Shown in pieces: positions 9,733 through 22,106 of a DNA stretch of 64,000 bases. The stretch's first letter is position 1. Each line of letters starts with the position of its first letter. The notes beneath the pieces are model-generated. The model made no database searches, was not told the origin of the DNA, and was given only the letters and a program-made list of their open reading frames with translations. Location of the stretch: the NCBI GenBank assembly GCA_000004985.1, contig GG738913.1. One strand, 5' to 3'. The stretch comes from Naegleria gruberi. Lineage: Eukaryota. A program made the translations under genes and the position numbers.

Positions 9733-12700
9733 TTATTTATCATTACTTGGACTGACAGGAGTGGCAGCAGTGACACCAATAGAACCAAAGCCACCAACAT
9801 CAATCTTCAAGAAGGATTTACTCTTCTTATCGTCATTTTCCAATCTCTTTTCAATCCATCCAATAATTTCAGTATTATCACTTTGAATGGCAAGTTGTAA
9901 AGCTTGTTCAAGTGAGACAGCTCCAATTTCACACAAATACTTGACAACATTCAATTGAACACGTTTGATGGCCATTTCCAAAGGTGAAACTCCATTCAAT
10001 GTCTTGATAGCACTAATGTCAACTTTCAATGGTGAATCAGCTGCTGGAGCGAATTTACCATGGTAATTTCCATTTTCAACTAATAATTTAACAACGTTTG
10101 GATGTCCATAACCAGCTGCAAAGTGGAGTGGAGTCAATTGTTTGTCTTCTCTTGTGTTGATGACTACTGAACAGTCACAACCCTTTTCAATGAGATATTG
10201 AGCACAGTCAACTCTGCCACTGATAGCACACAAGATAATTGGTCTCATTTGCAAGTCGTGTCTAGATTGATCAACTGAAACATTGTACTTTTCAACAAGC
10301 AACTTGACAGCATCCAAATTACCATTCTTAGTAGCAGCATGAATTGGTGGATAGGAATTTTCAGTGTACGATTCTTCATAACTTCCACAAGGATCCAATT
10401 TAACTTCATCAATCAAATATTCAATAACACTGACATTTCCTCCATAAGCAGCAGCTGAAAGAATTGTTTCGGCTCCCTCTGTAACAGCACCACTGTTAGC
10501 ACCCTTTTCAATGAGCTTCTTGACAAGCTCAACTTGAGAATTTTGAGCAGCAAAATAAAGTAATGATTGACCCAAACTATTGGAGAAGTTCAAAATGTTT
10601 TCCTCAGATGGGTTTTCAAGAGCTGTTTGAACAATCTTGGCACCGACGTGTCCTGGCAAATCCTTACATTGAACAGCAAGGAAAATTGGTAAATCCTTTC
10701 CACCAGAACGCTTTTGACAGTCAACTCCATGGTCAACCAAGAAAGAAGCAGCAGGTGGGCAGTGCAACATGCAATTGTGGAGAGCAGTATATTCTACAGA
10801 GTCAGCAGCACGTTTTTCACTTTCATTGACAAGATTGGTCAATTCTTCACTTGTCAACAAGTTAGCATTCAAAATTAATGGAATGGCATTCATGTTCTTT
10901 GCTCTGATAGCCAAATGCAAGAAGGTTGATGAAGAGTGCATTCCAGAAACAGTGCTACCAATATCGAAACGAGAGAGGGCAAACTTTGGAACTTTGGAGA
11001 AGAGAGTCTTCAAGATGACTTGACATTTTTCCAAACAGAATTCATCATGGAATTGAATTCCAGAAATTACAAATTCAATCAAGAGATTTCTCAAATTTTC
11101 CTTCACTTCACCATCAGAATTATCATCAGATGGTGGAGCAATGAATTCAGAAGCCAATTCTTGTAAGTGGGTTTCAATGGCTTCAGTAGTGACCAATCCA
11201 ATAGATCCTGTTTGAGTATTATCACCAATGATACTCTTTCCAATTGAAAGCCACTTGGTCACGAGTGGATTATTATTAATGGTGAAGAGAACAGATTGAT
11301 TTGCTGTTGAGCTAGTTGGAGCCAATGGATTGGAAGGTGCATTCTTGTAACCTGGAGTGGCTAATCTTTCATTGAAAGAGTTCAACAAGGTAGCATTCAT
11401 CAACTTTCTAGTATTTGAACCAATCAATGAAACCAACATTGCAAATGGACTCATCTTGCCATACTTTTTCAATTCTTCCAATTTAATATTACCATACTTG
11501 GAAGCTTCACTTTCTGTAATCTTGTCAACATTTCGTTTAGTTCTAAAGAACAAATTACCACCTCCTCTCTTGAGCAAAATCTCCAACATTCTTCCATTTT
11601 GATTGTAAATGGCATAGTGCATTGGTGTCCAACCAGCATCATTCTCAACATCAACTTGAGCATCTTCATAAACCAATTTTGTAACCAAATCAAATTCATT
11701 TTCACGAGCACACAAATTCAATGCAGTAAATCCACCATTCTTATCAATTTGATTAATGTTAATCTTACTTTCCTTCTTCTTTTCCAAGATCATACTCAAT
11801 AATTCTTCACGTGGTTTCAATTGACCTCCAGAACGTGGTGAAATGCCACGAGGAGACATTCCTCCAGATCTAGGTGAAATGGATGAACTAAATTCAGCTG
11901 TACCAGAAGTATTTAAACTCAATCCAGGAATATCACTTGCAAGTGTTGAGCTAGCAGTTGCTGTCGAAGAATTTTTACTGTCAGCAAGTGTCAAATCTCT
12001 TGAAATGGCAATGAAATGCAAAGCAGTTTGATCCAAACGATTCTTCTTATTAAAATCAACCCCATTATCCAACAAGAACTTGGTCAATTTCAAATCCTGA
12101 TTCTTCACAGCAATATGCAATAAAGAATCCTTGTCAACATAACCCATTTGTGTCAATTGTCTAATTTCTTCACTTGTCAAATATTGTTCATCTTCTTCAT
12201 CATCTGATAAATCTTCTTCTCTCAATCCAGGAGCAATTGTCATTCCTCTTGATGAAGGAGTTTTTGGAGTATCTTCTTTCGAATAATGTAAATAAGCTAA
12301 TTTCGAATATTCTCCATTACCAATCAAACTACGAACGTCAGTAAAGGAATGTTGTTCGATCAATTTTACAACTTTGAGATGAAGTTGAGTTTGAGAAGAT
12401 TTCAATTCGTCAATTACGTTTTCAATGGCGTTCATCCATTCTTTACGTTGTTCTTGATTTTCGGCTGAGAACCAATAGGTGAAAGTGGTTGGGGAGTCTT
12501 CAGATTGGTTATTTGATCCTTCCTCATTGGAAGGAGCTGTTGTTTTTAAACCAAAGGTGTTTTCTATTGTTATTCGAAAGTAAAATTAATATTCGAAAAA
12601 AGGTAAAATGATCGAATAATGTGATGATTACTTACGGAAACCTTTGTGATTTTCAATATCTACAATAGTAGAAAAACGAGTTAATGGAATCTTTTCTTCA

Positions 12701-12977
12701 TGTTTCTTATCAACTTTCTAAAATCAAATTATTCGAAACTAGACTAAATACAAAAACTTACTTCACTGTCTTTAAAACACAACATCTTCCTACCTGTCAA
12801 GACTACAAATCTTTTATATGATGACTTTTGAAAGAATTTCTTTTTCGAATTTTCCAAAACGAGTTTTCCACTCTTTTTCACACGACCAGCAAATCCAGAA
12901 CTTCCAACAGCTGAAGCAGCAGCAATTCCAGAAGTGCTGATGGATGTGGATGGAGCAAGTAAGTCAATGGTTGACAT
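9733..12977 (-). CDS. PH-domain plus ankyrin-repeat protein; three exons with introns 12718-12761 (44 nt) and 12564-12635 (72 nt)
   Basis: Exon 1 (12977-12762) encodes ...KKSGKLVLENSKKKFFQKSSYKRFVVLTGRKMLCFKDSE, ending at GAA|GTAAGT. Exon 2 (12717-12636) encodes KVDKKHEEKIPLTRFSTIVDIENHKGF, ending at C|GTAAGT. Exon 3 (12563-9733) continues ...TFTYWFSAENQEQRKEWMNAIENV, the PH-domain C-terminal W motif. Multiple ankyrin repeats follow (LHIAVKNQDLKLTKFLLDNGVDFN, GWTPMHYAIYNQNGRMLEILLKRG, TPLHFAAGYGHPNVVKLLVENG). Reading phase is conserved across both splice junctions. Confidence 0.8.
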
Positions 12978-14573
12978 GTTTTTTTTTTATGTTTGATTTT
13001 TGTGTGTTGATGGATGACTGATGGCAATATTGAAAAGTTTTTACATGACAGGAGATGGAAATAGTACATTGTTGGAGGATGAACATCTTTTGCTTGAAGT
13101 GAAAGTTTGAGAATGATAAGGATTTGTGTTATCCTAAAGTGATTATGTATTCGATTCGAATGGTGTGAAATTTCATATGGAGGAAGAACCCATTCAATTT
13201 AAACAAATAATAATTATTAATTTTGTTTTAAGTTTAAACTACTATTTTTGAATGCATCTTCAATTCTCTTCAATTCTTTGCTATGCTTCAATGGTTTGCT
13301 TCTTGCATTTCTTTCAAATTTTAAACAAACATAATAAAAGTAAATTATTTCTGAATTTTGTTGAATTCTGATTGAATATGAGGAATGGACTTTTTTTCGA
13401 TTGTAAATTACAAAATAAAGTGAAAATATTTTGAGTTGCTTAATAAGCGACCTCAATTCCGAGTTGTTAACAATTTTCCATGCTCAAAAAATTATTCAAA
13501 TGTCTGGAAATAACAAGAAAGGAACTCCACAAAGGAAACAACACACTGTATCATCTCCATCTCATCCTAAACAAAGAGTGGACCCACTACTCCCTCCCAA
13601 AAACTGTTGCGCTCATTAATCTTTGGTAAGGGATTAATTTCTGAGTGAGGTTTTTATCAATATTTCGGAAACATTGTAAAATTTTCTTTATTTCACTAAC
13701 ATTTCTTTCTCATATTCGCATTTATCGTTGGTCTGACGTTTTTTTTCTTATCCTTAGGATAATGATATTATCTCAAGACCTGCTCAATAAAGATTTATAT
13801 TCTTCAAAGCAGGTTCCAGACTGTTTCACCATTAAGGTGAACAGTCTCTGAGCTTTAATACCCATTTGTTTTTATTAATTTGCAATGTAACATAAGCTTT
13901 ATGGTGCTTAATGGTTCCTGGCAATTCAGAATAGTCCAACGACAAACCCGTTGCACTTGAATGTTTTGCTGCATACCCTTCTATTAATAAGAAAAGTTAT
14001 GATATTAATACATTGAAACCAGCCATTCAATTCTTTGCAGACGTGGAAGGTTGGCAACTCAATGTAGCTGGTAGTTTTTCAAGAGTTAAGAAAGGTCTTA
14101 CTAAAGCCTACTATATTGTGGATCGTTCTAAACTCAAACGTAATGGTTTCTCTTCTTATGATATTAAATCATATGTTGATTCGATTTCATCACATAATGA
14201 ATATAGTATTGATAATAATCTAATAAATATTCGTAAAGTGATTTGACTGTATTCCTTACTCAAACACATTTTCAAATAATATTATCCAATCCGAGATTTA
14301 TCCAAAAAGCCAAGCCCATAAAAATTCAACCAGATTGCCCTTTTTAATTAAGCCATAATATATCCAAAAAAAGCGGTTTGGATTCTGGATACTAATTCTA
14401 GGAATCAGGATTTTATTTTCAATTATAATAGTCAAGTGAGAACAAGAGGAGCACTATTCTCGATAATACATAATACAAATGCTTCAACTAAGAGTGAATC
14501 AAATGAATGGACATTTAAAAATTGCTTTGAGCAATTTAAATTGAACTGTAAATATATTGAAGAAACGTTAGAT

Positions 14574-17500
14574 CTATTGGAGAACCTTTTTACAAGTTTG
14601 ATATATATTATCCAAACTTTCTGCCATGTGTGATGAATCTGTTGTTCTGGAAATATTGCAAATTTCTCTCAGGGTTTGTTCATATCTCAATAATTGTGCC
14701 CTCATGGACTGATTTTCAAACCTCAAAGCATCCATTGTTGAACTTTTCAATTGTAATAATCCTTTCAATAGATCGACATGTGTAAAATGTTTGGTCGGCT
14801 CCTTTAGAATTTCTAATAGATTATTCATAATTTTGAGATAATGAATACATTCTCCTCTGTGTGTTGAACGAGATTGGATCATTGTAATTAAACACCTTCC
14901 AAGAATATCATTGAATAGCACCTTTTCCAAAAAAGAATTAGGATGGGAGCAAATAACCTCAAGATTTGGATCTATAAACTTGTCAATTTCCTTTCTAATA
15001 GATTGATGAAGCATGGCCTCTCCTTGTGGAGTACTTAATAACTTGAAAAAGTAATTTTTTCCAACTCCAAATAAACAAGATGAACCAGAATCTTCATTCG
15101 TTGATATAATACTCAATGTTCTGTTGCAGATCATTTTCATTAAGACACATCCCATTGAGTAAGTGTCACAATTCTTTGAGATTTTGAAATTTTCCGTTTG
15201 TTTGCCTTCTTCCTCATCATAAACCTCTGGAGCAAGATATTACCATGTCCCTATATTCACTGATATTGAGTGGTTGGATTGAATAACTTTGGAATTGTCA
15301 AAATCAATGAGTTTGGCATGTCCTTCATTGTTGATTATTACATTTGCCAACTTTAAATCTGTACAAAATTTCAGTATTGATTTTGAAAACAATAAACATA
15401 CCTCTGTGTGTGAAATTTAGATTATGCAAACTGATGACACCCTCAAGAACTTCAGTAAAGTACTGTAAAACTTCAATCAAATCTTGAGTGGATAAGCAAT
15501 GCTCCAAATTTAAATAATTTTGGTGCATTTCTGACATTACATGATCCAAAGGAGATCCCATTTCCATAATTAAATAGCTATACTTGCTATTATGCAACTC
15601 ATAAAAATTACATTCAAATGTTTTGACAATACCCTTCAAATTTGGTGTTTTCTGCATTTAAAGTTGTGAGTTAATGGAGTATGAGGTAGGAGACTTTTTA
15701 CGGGCAATTTTTCAACAATTTCTTCAATCCTACCGTCTCTAACATATTGATAGAGTTGAAATAGAAATTGAACATCCTCTCTAAGTTGTTCGGTCTCTAG
15801 GACGTAATTTAAAATCTGTTTGTTCTCATAAAGTTTGTTAATTTTTACACAGTCCAAAATTAGTTCAGTATCCAATTTTTTAGTCGAGTAGAGGATGGCC
15901 AATCCAAAAGTTTTGGTAGCTGTCAAGATAATATTTGAATCGCTTTGTAGGGAATTTGATGCAAATTTCAAAAGTTCACCTTTTTTCTCAATGAGTGGAG
16001 TGATAAGATTCTTTCCATACTTGAATTTTTCAGAGGCGAATTGAATGGAAAGTGGATTTTGAGCAATCGCCATCTGAACTATTTGTAAATCCTCTTTGAA
16101 AATACCTGGAACTATTTCAAGAAGCAATCCGTTCCTTTCTACATATTCCAATATCTTCATTTTGTCGTTTTTCAATTCTCTAGAAGCATATTCGAAAGAA
16201 TAATAGTTTTGAGAAACTGCAAGATCAACTATTGTAGGATTATTCCTCAATCTTTCAGATGCATACTTTAAAGATAGTCCTCTCGATTTTACAGCAATAG
16301 AAACGAGACTTTCATCATCCTGAAAGGAGTTTGGAAGAAATTCCAAAGCATATCCATTAAATTCGAGCAACTCCTTCATTGTTTCAATGCTTACAGTATT
16401 CCAATCTGTAAATTTTTGGAGAAGCATTACATTTCTTTCTGTCAATTCTTTTACAGACATATTTTCCTTCATTTCCAAGTTTAAATAAGAAAATTCCTGT
16501 TTCATCAAGAAATTAATAAACACCTGCAGTGCTGGGCAATCAGTTTTGATTCGAATAAAGTGTTCTAAATAATCCATGCCATGGATTATGTTATTTTTCG
16601 TAACCTTGTTACCAATACCGCCTCTACTAGTTTCACTTTGAGGAAATACCAAAGCCAATAGAAAATAGTATTGAACGGCCATTTCTGATGTTGTTATGGC
16701 TACTGCCTTCATATCATCAATCAACTTTTCAATAATTTCAAAAGTATAACTTTGTGAAAGGTTGTTGATATATCTGAAAACGATATCGACTCCCAAAATT
16801 GTTAGATTTGAAATCATACTTCTTATACTGGAACGATAGTCCATTGCTAGGAACCAGTAATTAATGTTCTTCCAATAAATTTCCTTTAACAATTCCAAAT
16901 TACAACAATTTCTTGATTTCTGTTGAAACATTTTCTTGAAACAAAACTCAATTAATTCAAAATCTTTTTCATCTTGAGTAGTTTCTACAAATTCTCTAAA
17001 AATACTGAAAGATTTGTTAAGGTTACGAATTGACTGATTGTAATATGTTTGTAAGAGCATTGCTTTAAATCTTAAAGTTGCTTCCTTGGATAGTATTTGA
17101 CTAATTACACCATTTTCGTCCAACAACATGCTGCATTCCGTGAGAGAGCAATAGCAATGTAGATCTTTTGATTCTTTAACTAGCATCAATGCATCAAGAA
17201 TATCTAGTTGTGTTACATGGGAAATAAAAATGAAATTGTCAATAGATATTCTTTCGTTAATAGAAATGACCTCTTGCGGTAGGTTTCGAATGCTCTTTTG
17301 TCTAAGATTCAACAATTTAAGCAGACTGGGACCAAAATATTTACCTTCATCATCGTACACAATTCCTGAATCACGAAATTGTTTCTTAGCTGATCCATCA
17401 CTATTAAATAAAATTGAGGAATATTGAGAGTGGACCAAACCTTTAGTCAGCACAATATAATTCTTTTCATCTAACATCATGAGTTCTCTAATGTCATATC

Positions 17501-18614
17501 CAAAATCCAATGGATCTGTATTTGTTTCATAATCCATTAATAAATTGAATGCTTGATGAATTTTATCATCCATGATAAATTGAAAAGCTTTTTGAATTAT
17601 TGAATGATCTTTTTTGGTTGGAATCTTAATATTTGGATGTGTGAATTTCATAACAATTTGAGTAGTAGACTTGTAATTAGTGATTCCTTCGATAGTTACA
17701 AATAGTCCATGAATGGTTTCTTGAATATTAGTGAATTTTGTTTGTTTCAATTTTGAACCTTCTTGGTGTTGGCTCATTAATTCTTCTACAGTCAATGTCT
17801 GAAATAAATCAACACTTTTGTCTTTGTTAATATTGTAAAATTGTAATGTTTTTCCATCATGTGAAATACAGGAAGCTAATATTGGTTGACAAATTGAAAT
17901 TCTCTTAAAAAAATAACCATTAAAAGTGATATCATTCTTTTCAATATTTGAAATCAATTGAGCAACAACTTGAATCTCTGTCTTTCCATTTCTAATATCG
18001 GCTTCATCTCCATTCAACACAATCTCTTTCAAAATTGTTTCGGTTTTGTAATCATACACTACATACACATTCCTAAATCTCAATACCATACTATTTGCGA
18101 GAAAAATCAATGAATCACATCTTTTAGATTCAAATTTCTCCAAATTAAATCTTTTTTCAAAAGATAGAAATAAAAAAGTCACTGGTAATTTTCTGTAAAC
18201 TGTAAATCGAAATTCCTTTCCCCAAACAATACAAAAAGAATCGTCTAAACTTTGTAAAGGAATTCTTCTTGTACAAGAAATCAATTCTCCTGTTTCTTTC
18301 TTTTGGAAAATGGAATTTCTTTCCTTTAGTGTAAAATCCAAATCAGATCCAGTCTTCTGGAATGCGTTACCCTCAAATTTAATTGTCAGCTCTTTTCCTA
18401 AAGCTGAAAAACTGTAAGAAAAGAGTTGTACAATAGAATTCACACCTTCACCTTGTAAACTTTTATCAATTACTGTTGAGTAATGAACAAGCAACATTCC
18501 TTTTTCTTCATGACATTCAATTTTTTGAATGGAACAAGTTTCGGGTGAATTTTCTTGGAATAAATGTTGGTGGTGAAAACTTACCACAAAATAATTCCCA
18601 AATTTGTTCCACAA
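14574..18614 (-). CDS. large protein with DUF4116-like repeats and a C-terminal Ser/Thr protein-kinase domain; 43-nt intron 15359-15401; in-frame TAA at 15240-15242 inside the kinase domain (possible pseudogene or sequence error); possible extra 5' exon 18615-18663
   Basis: 992-aa ORF plus downstream ORFs share one frame after removing GTATGT...TGTACAG (15401-15359). This gives ...LHNLNFTHR|DLKLANVIINNEGHAKLIDFDNS (HRDLK catalytic loop, DFD = DFG). Then ...NIGTW*YLAPEVYDEEE: the APE motif follows an in-frame TAA. The N-terminal half contains repeats of the DUF4116 style (...ALEFLPNSFQDDESLVSIAVKSRGLSLKYASERLRNN...). An upstream ATG at 18663 with a GTAAGT 31-nt candidate intron would add MARLLVQPLIQNISKLFVEQIWELFC. 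Confidence 0.7.
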
Positions 18615-19495
18615 ATAACTTGCTGATATTTTGAATCAAAGGTTGAACAAGTAATCGAGCCATGTTGTGCGGAATCAAAGTGAAAACATTGGCAAGTTTT
18701 CATTAGTGGACCTGATGTCATTTTTTACTAATAATTACAACGCGGTCATGTTTAAAAAATCTTATTTTTGGTTCACAGTTTGGAATTTATTTTTCATGTG
18801 ATGAACACCAAATTGTGAAAGATCTGATTCAGGAAAACAGTCCTTCGAACTGAATTCAATGAACCCAATTCGAGTGAATTCAGATGCCTGCCCAACAGGT
18901 TATGGAATTACAATTGAGGCGACAATGTTACGGCAATTTCCTCTAAAAGGAGAGGTTATGGAGTCGTAAAAGAACTCTCAAATTGCCAGAGACCTCTACA
19001 AGATCTTGATGAGAAGAAAATGGTCGATTTCAAAGGAGAACAATTATGCAGTCGTTTAACATCCCAAGAACTACTTGATTTAGTTCAGACAGAATTTGGA
19101 GAACACTCTATGGACGGATTCGTGAATTAACCACAACAATTCAGTTCAACTCATGGATAGAGAACGACACATTCTTGAATCCTTGGGAACAAAATCTAAC
19201 GAGTTATTGTGTTCCTCCTTTGGGCTAATTTCTCAAGCTCTAGTTCACTGCATAAAGTCAGAACCCCCCGACAGTTCCAACAGTTGTTTCTTTTACAATA
19301 TCTCTATATTAGATATTGCAAAAGAAACAACTATTCCAAACTAATCATTTTGGTCAAGTTTTGCTTCTGATTATTGATGATATTGATTAATAGACCAAAC
19401 TGGAAACCGATTCTGAAACTAATTTCCCTGAACGCCGTAAAATCTGTTATCCGAAACTCACGAATGTCAAGTAACCATTCAACATCCGTTAAAAA

Positions 19496-22031
19496 ATGTC
19501 GCAACTTGATGTCAGCTCACATAATGCAAGAGATTCGTCTATTCCACTCCGTGCTACTACTTCTACCCTTCTAAAACAATCAACACTCGAGCAATCGTGT
19601 GAGAAAGTAAACGAAAGTTCATTAATCATTGAAACATTTCCTTCCCAACATTCTATTGGAAATCAAACACGAAAGGTTCATTCTCCACGTTCAGATCAAA
19701 CTCTTTCCGAAGAAGAAACAAATTCCATCATTTTGGAAATGAAAGAAATGGACGAAATGTTTCGAACAAACAAGAAGAAATCGAAATTTGCACATCTTTA
19801 TCAATCAAATAAGAAACAAGGTTTAAATCAATCGTTTGCCACATCAGAAAAGTTTAGTTCATCATCCCATAATGAAAATTTATGTGCATCTTGTTGTGGA
19901 ACTTTACGTTGGTCAACTGTCATGATTTTGACAGCTGTCTTTTCGATAATGATACTTTTATTTGTTGCAATCATTTCCTCGATTATTGTTACGAGTTATG
20001 ATGAGTTGGAAAGAGGAAATTCCAAAGCAGATATGAAAAGAGTTGTCAAAAGTTTTTATGATGAATTTGTGAATTCATTGGAGGTATGTTTGACTTTTGA
20101 CAATGAGTTTTAATTGAAATTTTGGATAGATTATGCAAGCAGTTGCTGTTTGGGATGAGCCTTATAAATTATTTCAAAGATATTATGATCCATCAGAAAA
20201 TCAAACTGAACTGGCAGTTGACATGCAACTTTTTTTGGAAACTAATATTGATTCAGCTCAAATGTTGTTGGAAAAACACAACTATGCGCTGTTCTATACC
20301 TTGAATGGAACTTTAATTGCAAGTAGAGCTCACAATCTTATAGACGAAAGTCAAGATTTATCCGATTTGTCAAAAATTCCAAAAGAATTATTGGAATTGA
20401 ATGTAAATTCGAATCCTCTTTTCAGAAATGCAGATAAAGCTGGAACTTCGAATGGTGGTTTCCTTAAAGTTTCGAATGGCGTAGTAGAAAATAGCAAAAT
20501 TGTCATGTTAGTGGCGAAACCAGTTTCTCCAAGTAATTTCAATGAAAATAATCCAACTTCTGGATTGATAGTGTATGGTAGACATGTCACTTATCAAACT
20601 AAGGAAAGAAATGTGTTTAGAGCTTCTACATGTGTTAGTTTTTTGAATTTTGACGAAACTTTACAAAAATATTCGAATGTTAATGCTACGAGAGTTTCAG
20701 TAACAAGTAATATTTGGGAGAATGATCAAGTTTTATCCATTGATATGTATGACGACCTCTCTAGTAGAAACTCTCTCGATGATCGTCATTGCTATTCGAA
20801 ATCTGAACTAAACTCAACTTCCCCTCGAGTTGGTTCCATTCAATTCCTTGCCGATCTCAATGGAAACCCAATCCTAGCCATCCGATCCGATACTGAACGA
20901 AACATTTACCTCCTAGGAGTTCGTTCCTTAGCCCTCTCCATTGCCTTACTAGTTTTTTCATGTATTATTGCAGCCATTGTAATCATTGCCTTTGTGGAGA
21001 GGCGAGTATTGAGGAGAATGTTTAAACTTTCAAGGAGAATTCAGGAAATTACAGCATCACATGATCCTAAACAGAGAATTGAAATTGGTCGAGGAGGAAA
21101 CTCAATTAATGCCTCGGAAAGAAATTTGATTTTTGATGAAATTGACACGACGGCGAAATATATTAATGAAATGTTGACTAGTTTGGATATTGTATTGGAA
21201 GAGCAGTTGAAGGAACAGAAAATGTTAAGAAAACTATTGGAAAGAGTGTACACAGCAGAGGAATCAGGAAGTGCCATTATGAATGCTGTGAAAGATGTCG
21301 TGTTTATTGTGAATGGAGATAGTGGACTAGTTCTGAATGCAAATAACAAGTTTTATGAACAGATGGAGAGGAGTGTGATGGAAGTGGAGGCAAAGGATCA
21401 AGTTTATGTTTCGAATTTGTTTTTGGAAATGAAATCACTCGAAGCCAAATTTCAGAATAATTTGAGAACTGCCTTACTCTCCCTTAATGATGGAAAATCG
21501 CATCTTTTCAGAGGAATGACTCCATCTGGTAAAATTATTAGATACAATGTATTCATTTCCAAAACAAAAGTCATGCAAAATAACGAGAAGGTCATTTCAT
21601 TCCTATTTATGGCAAAGAAGGACGATTCACTTTCTTTAGGAATTGACCAAGAAATCATTAATGAAAAATTTGAGAAAATGATTAATAATACGAAAAAGAG
21701 AAGAAAATTCCAGAAATTCTGCTCAGAAAAAGGTCAACTCTACAATTTCAAGTTTATTAGAGAAGTAAGGGATTACAAAACAACGGAACTTCCAATTGAC
21801 CGAGCAAGGAAACAATCTGAAATTTGTTCCAACTTTTTGAGGAAAGATTCTCCATTCCCATTGAATATTGGAGCAATTGATTTGATTAAGGGAGAAATTG
21901 AAAAGATTCTAAAAGAAGAAACACCTCAAATTTCCTTATTTGATGGATTGAATGATATTTTGGAAAGTATTTTGAAATCAGAAGTTTTTACACTTTACAA
22001 AATTCAAAAATCAAATCTTCTCTACACATAA
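19496..22031 (+). CDS. two-TM receptor-like protein with ~330-aa extracytoplasmic domain and C-terminal RGS domain; intron 20084-20129 (46 nt)
   Basis: Exon 1 ends ...SLE at GAG|GTATGT. Acceptor GATAG at 20129. Exon 2 continues in frame (IMQAVAVWDE...). TM1 is VMILTAVFSIMILLFVAIISSIIV and TM2 is IYLLGVRSLALSIALLVFSCIIAAIVIIAFV. The C-terminus has an RGS-like block (FQKFCSEKGQLYNFKFIREVRDYK...FLRKDSPFPLNIGAI...). Confidence 0.75.
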
Positions 22032-22106
22032 CTGTTGCAAATAGATTCAACTTATTAATTTTCCTAGTATTTTATGAACGACAGATGACTTTGATGTTTC
22101 ATTTTA

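Noticed and set aside
10563-12031. Several 60-90 aa ORFs on + strand inside the ankyrin-repeat gene
   Set aside because: Antisense to a well-supported 900-aa ankyrin-repeat ORF. No motifs. Typical chance ORFs.
13000-14570. Small ORFs (62-79 aa) in the 1.6-kb interval between the ankyrin and kinase genes
   Set aside because: No conserved motifs, AT-rich with homopolymer runs, and no splice-consistent multi-exon model. Treated as intergenic/UTR.
15181-15260. Possibility that the TAA in the kinase domain is removed by a tiny intron (gtaatatcttgctccag)
   Set aside because: Removing that 17-nt segment destroys the frame and the APE motif. Both flanks are in frame with the TAA, so it is a nonsense codon or sequence error, not an intron.
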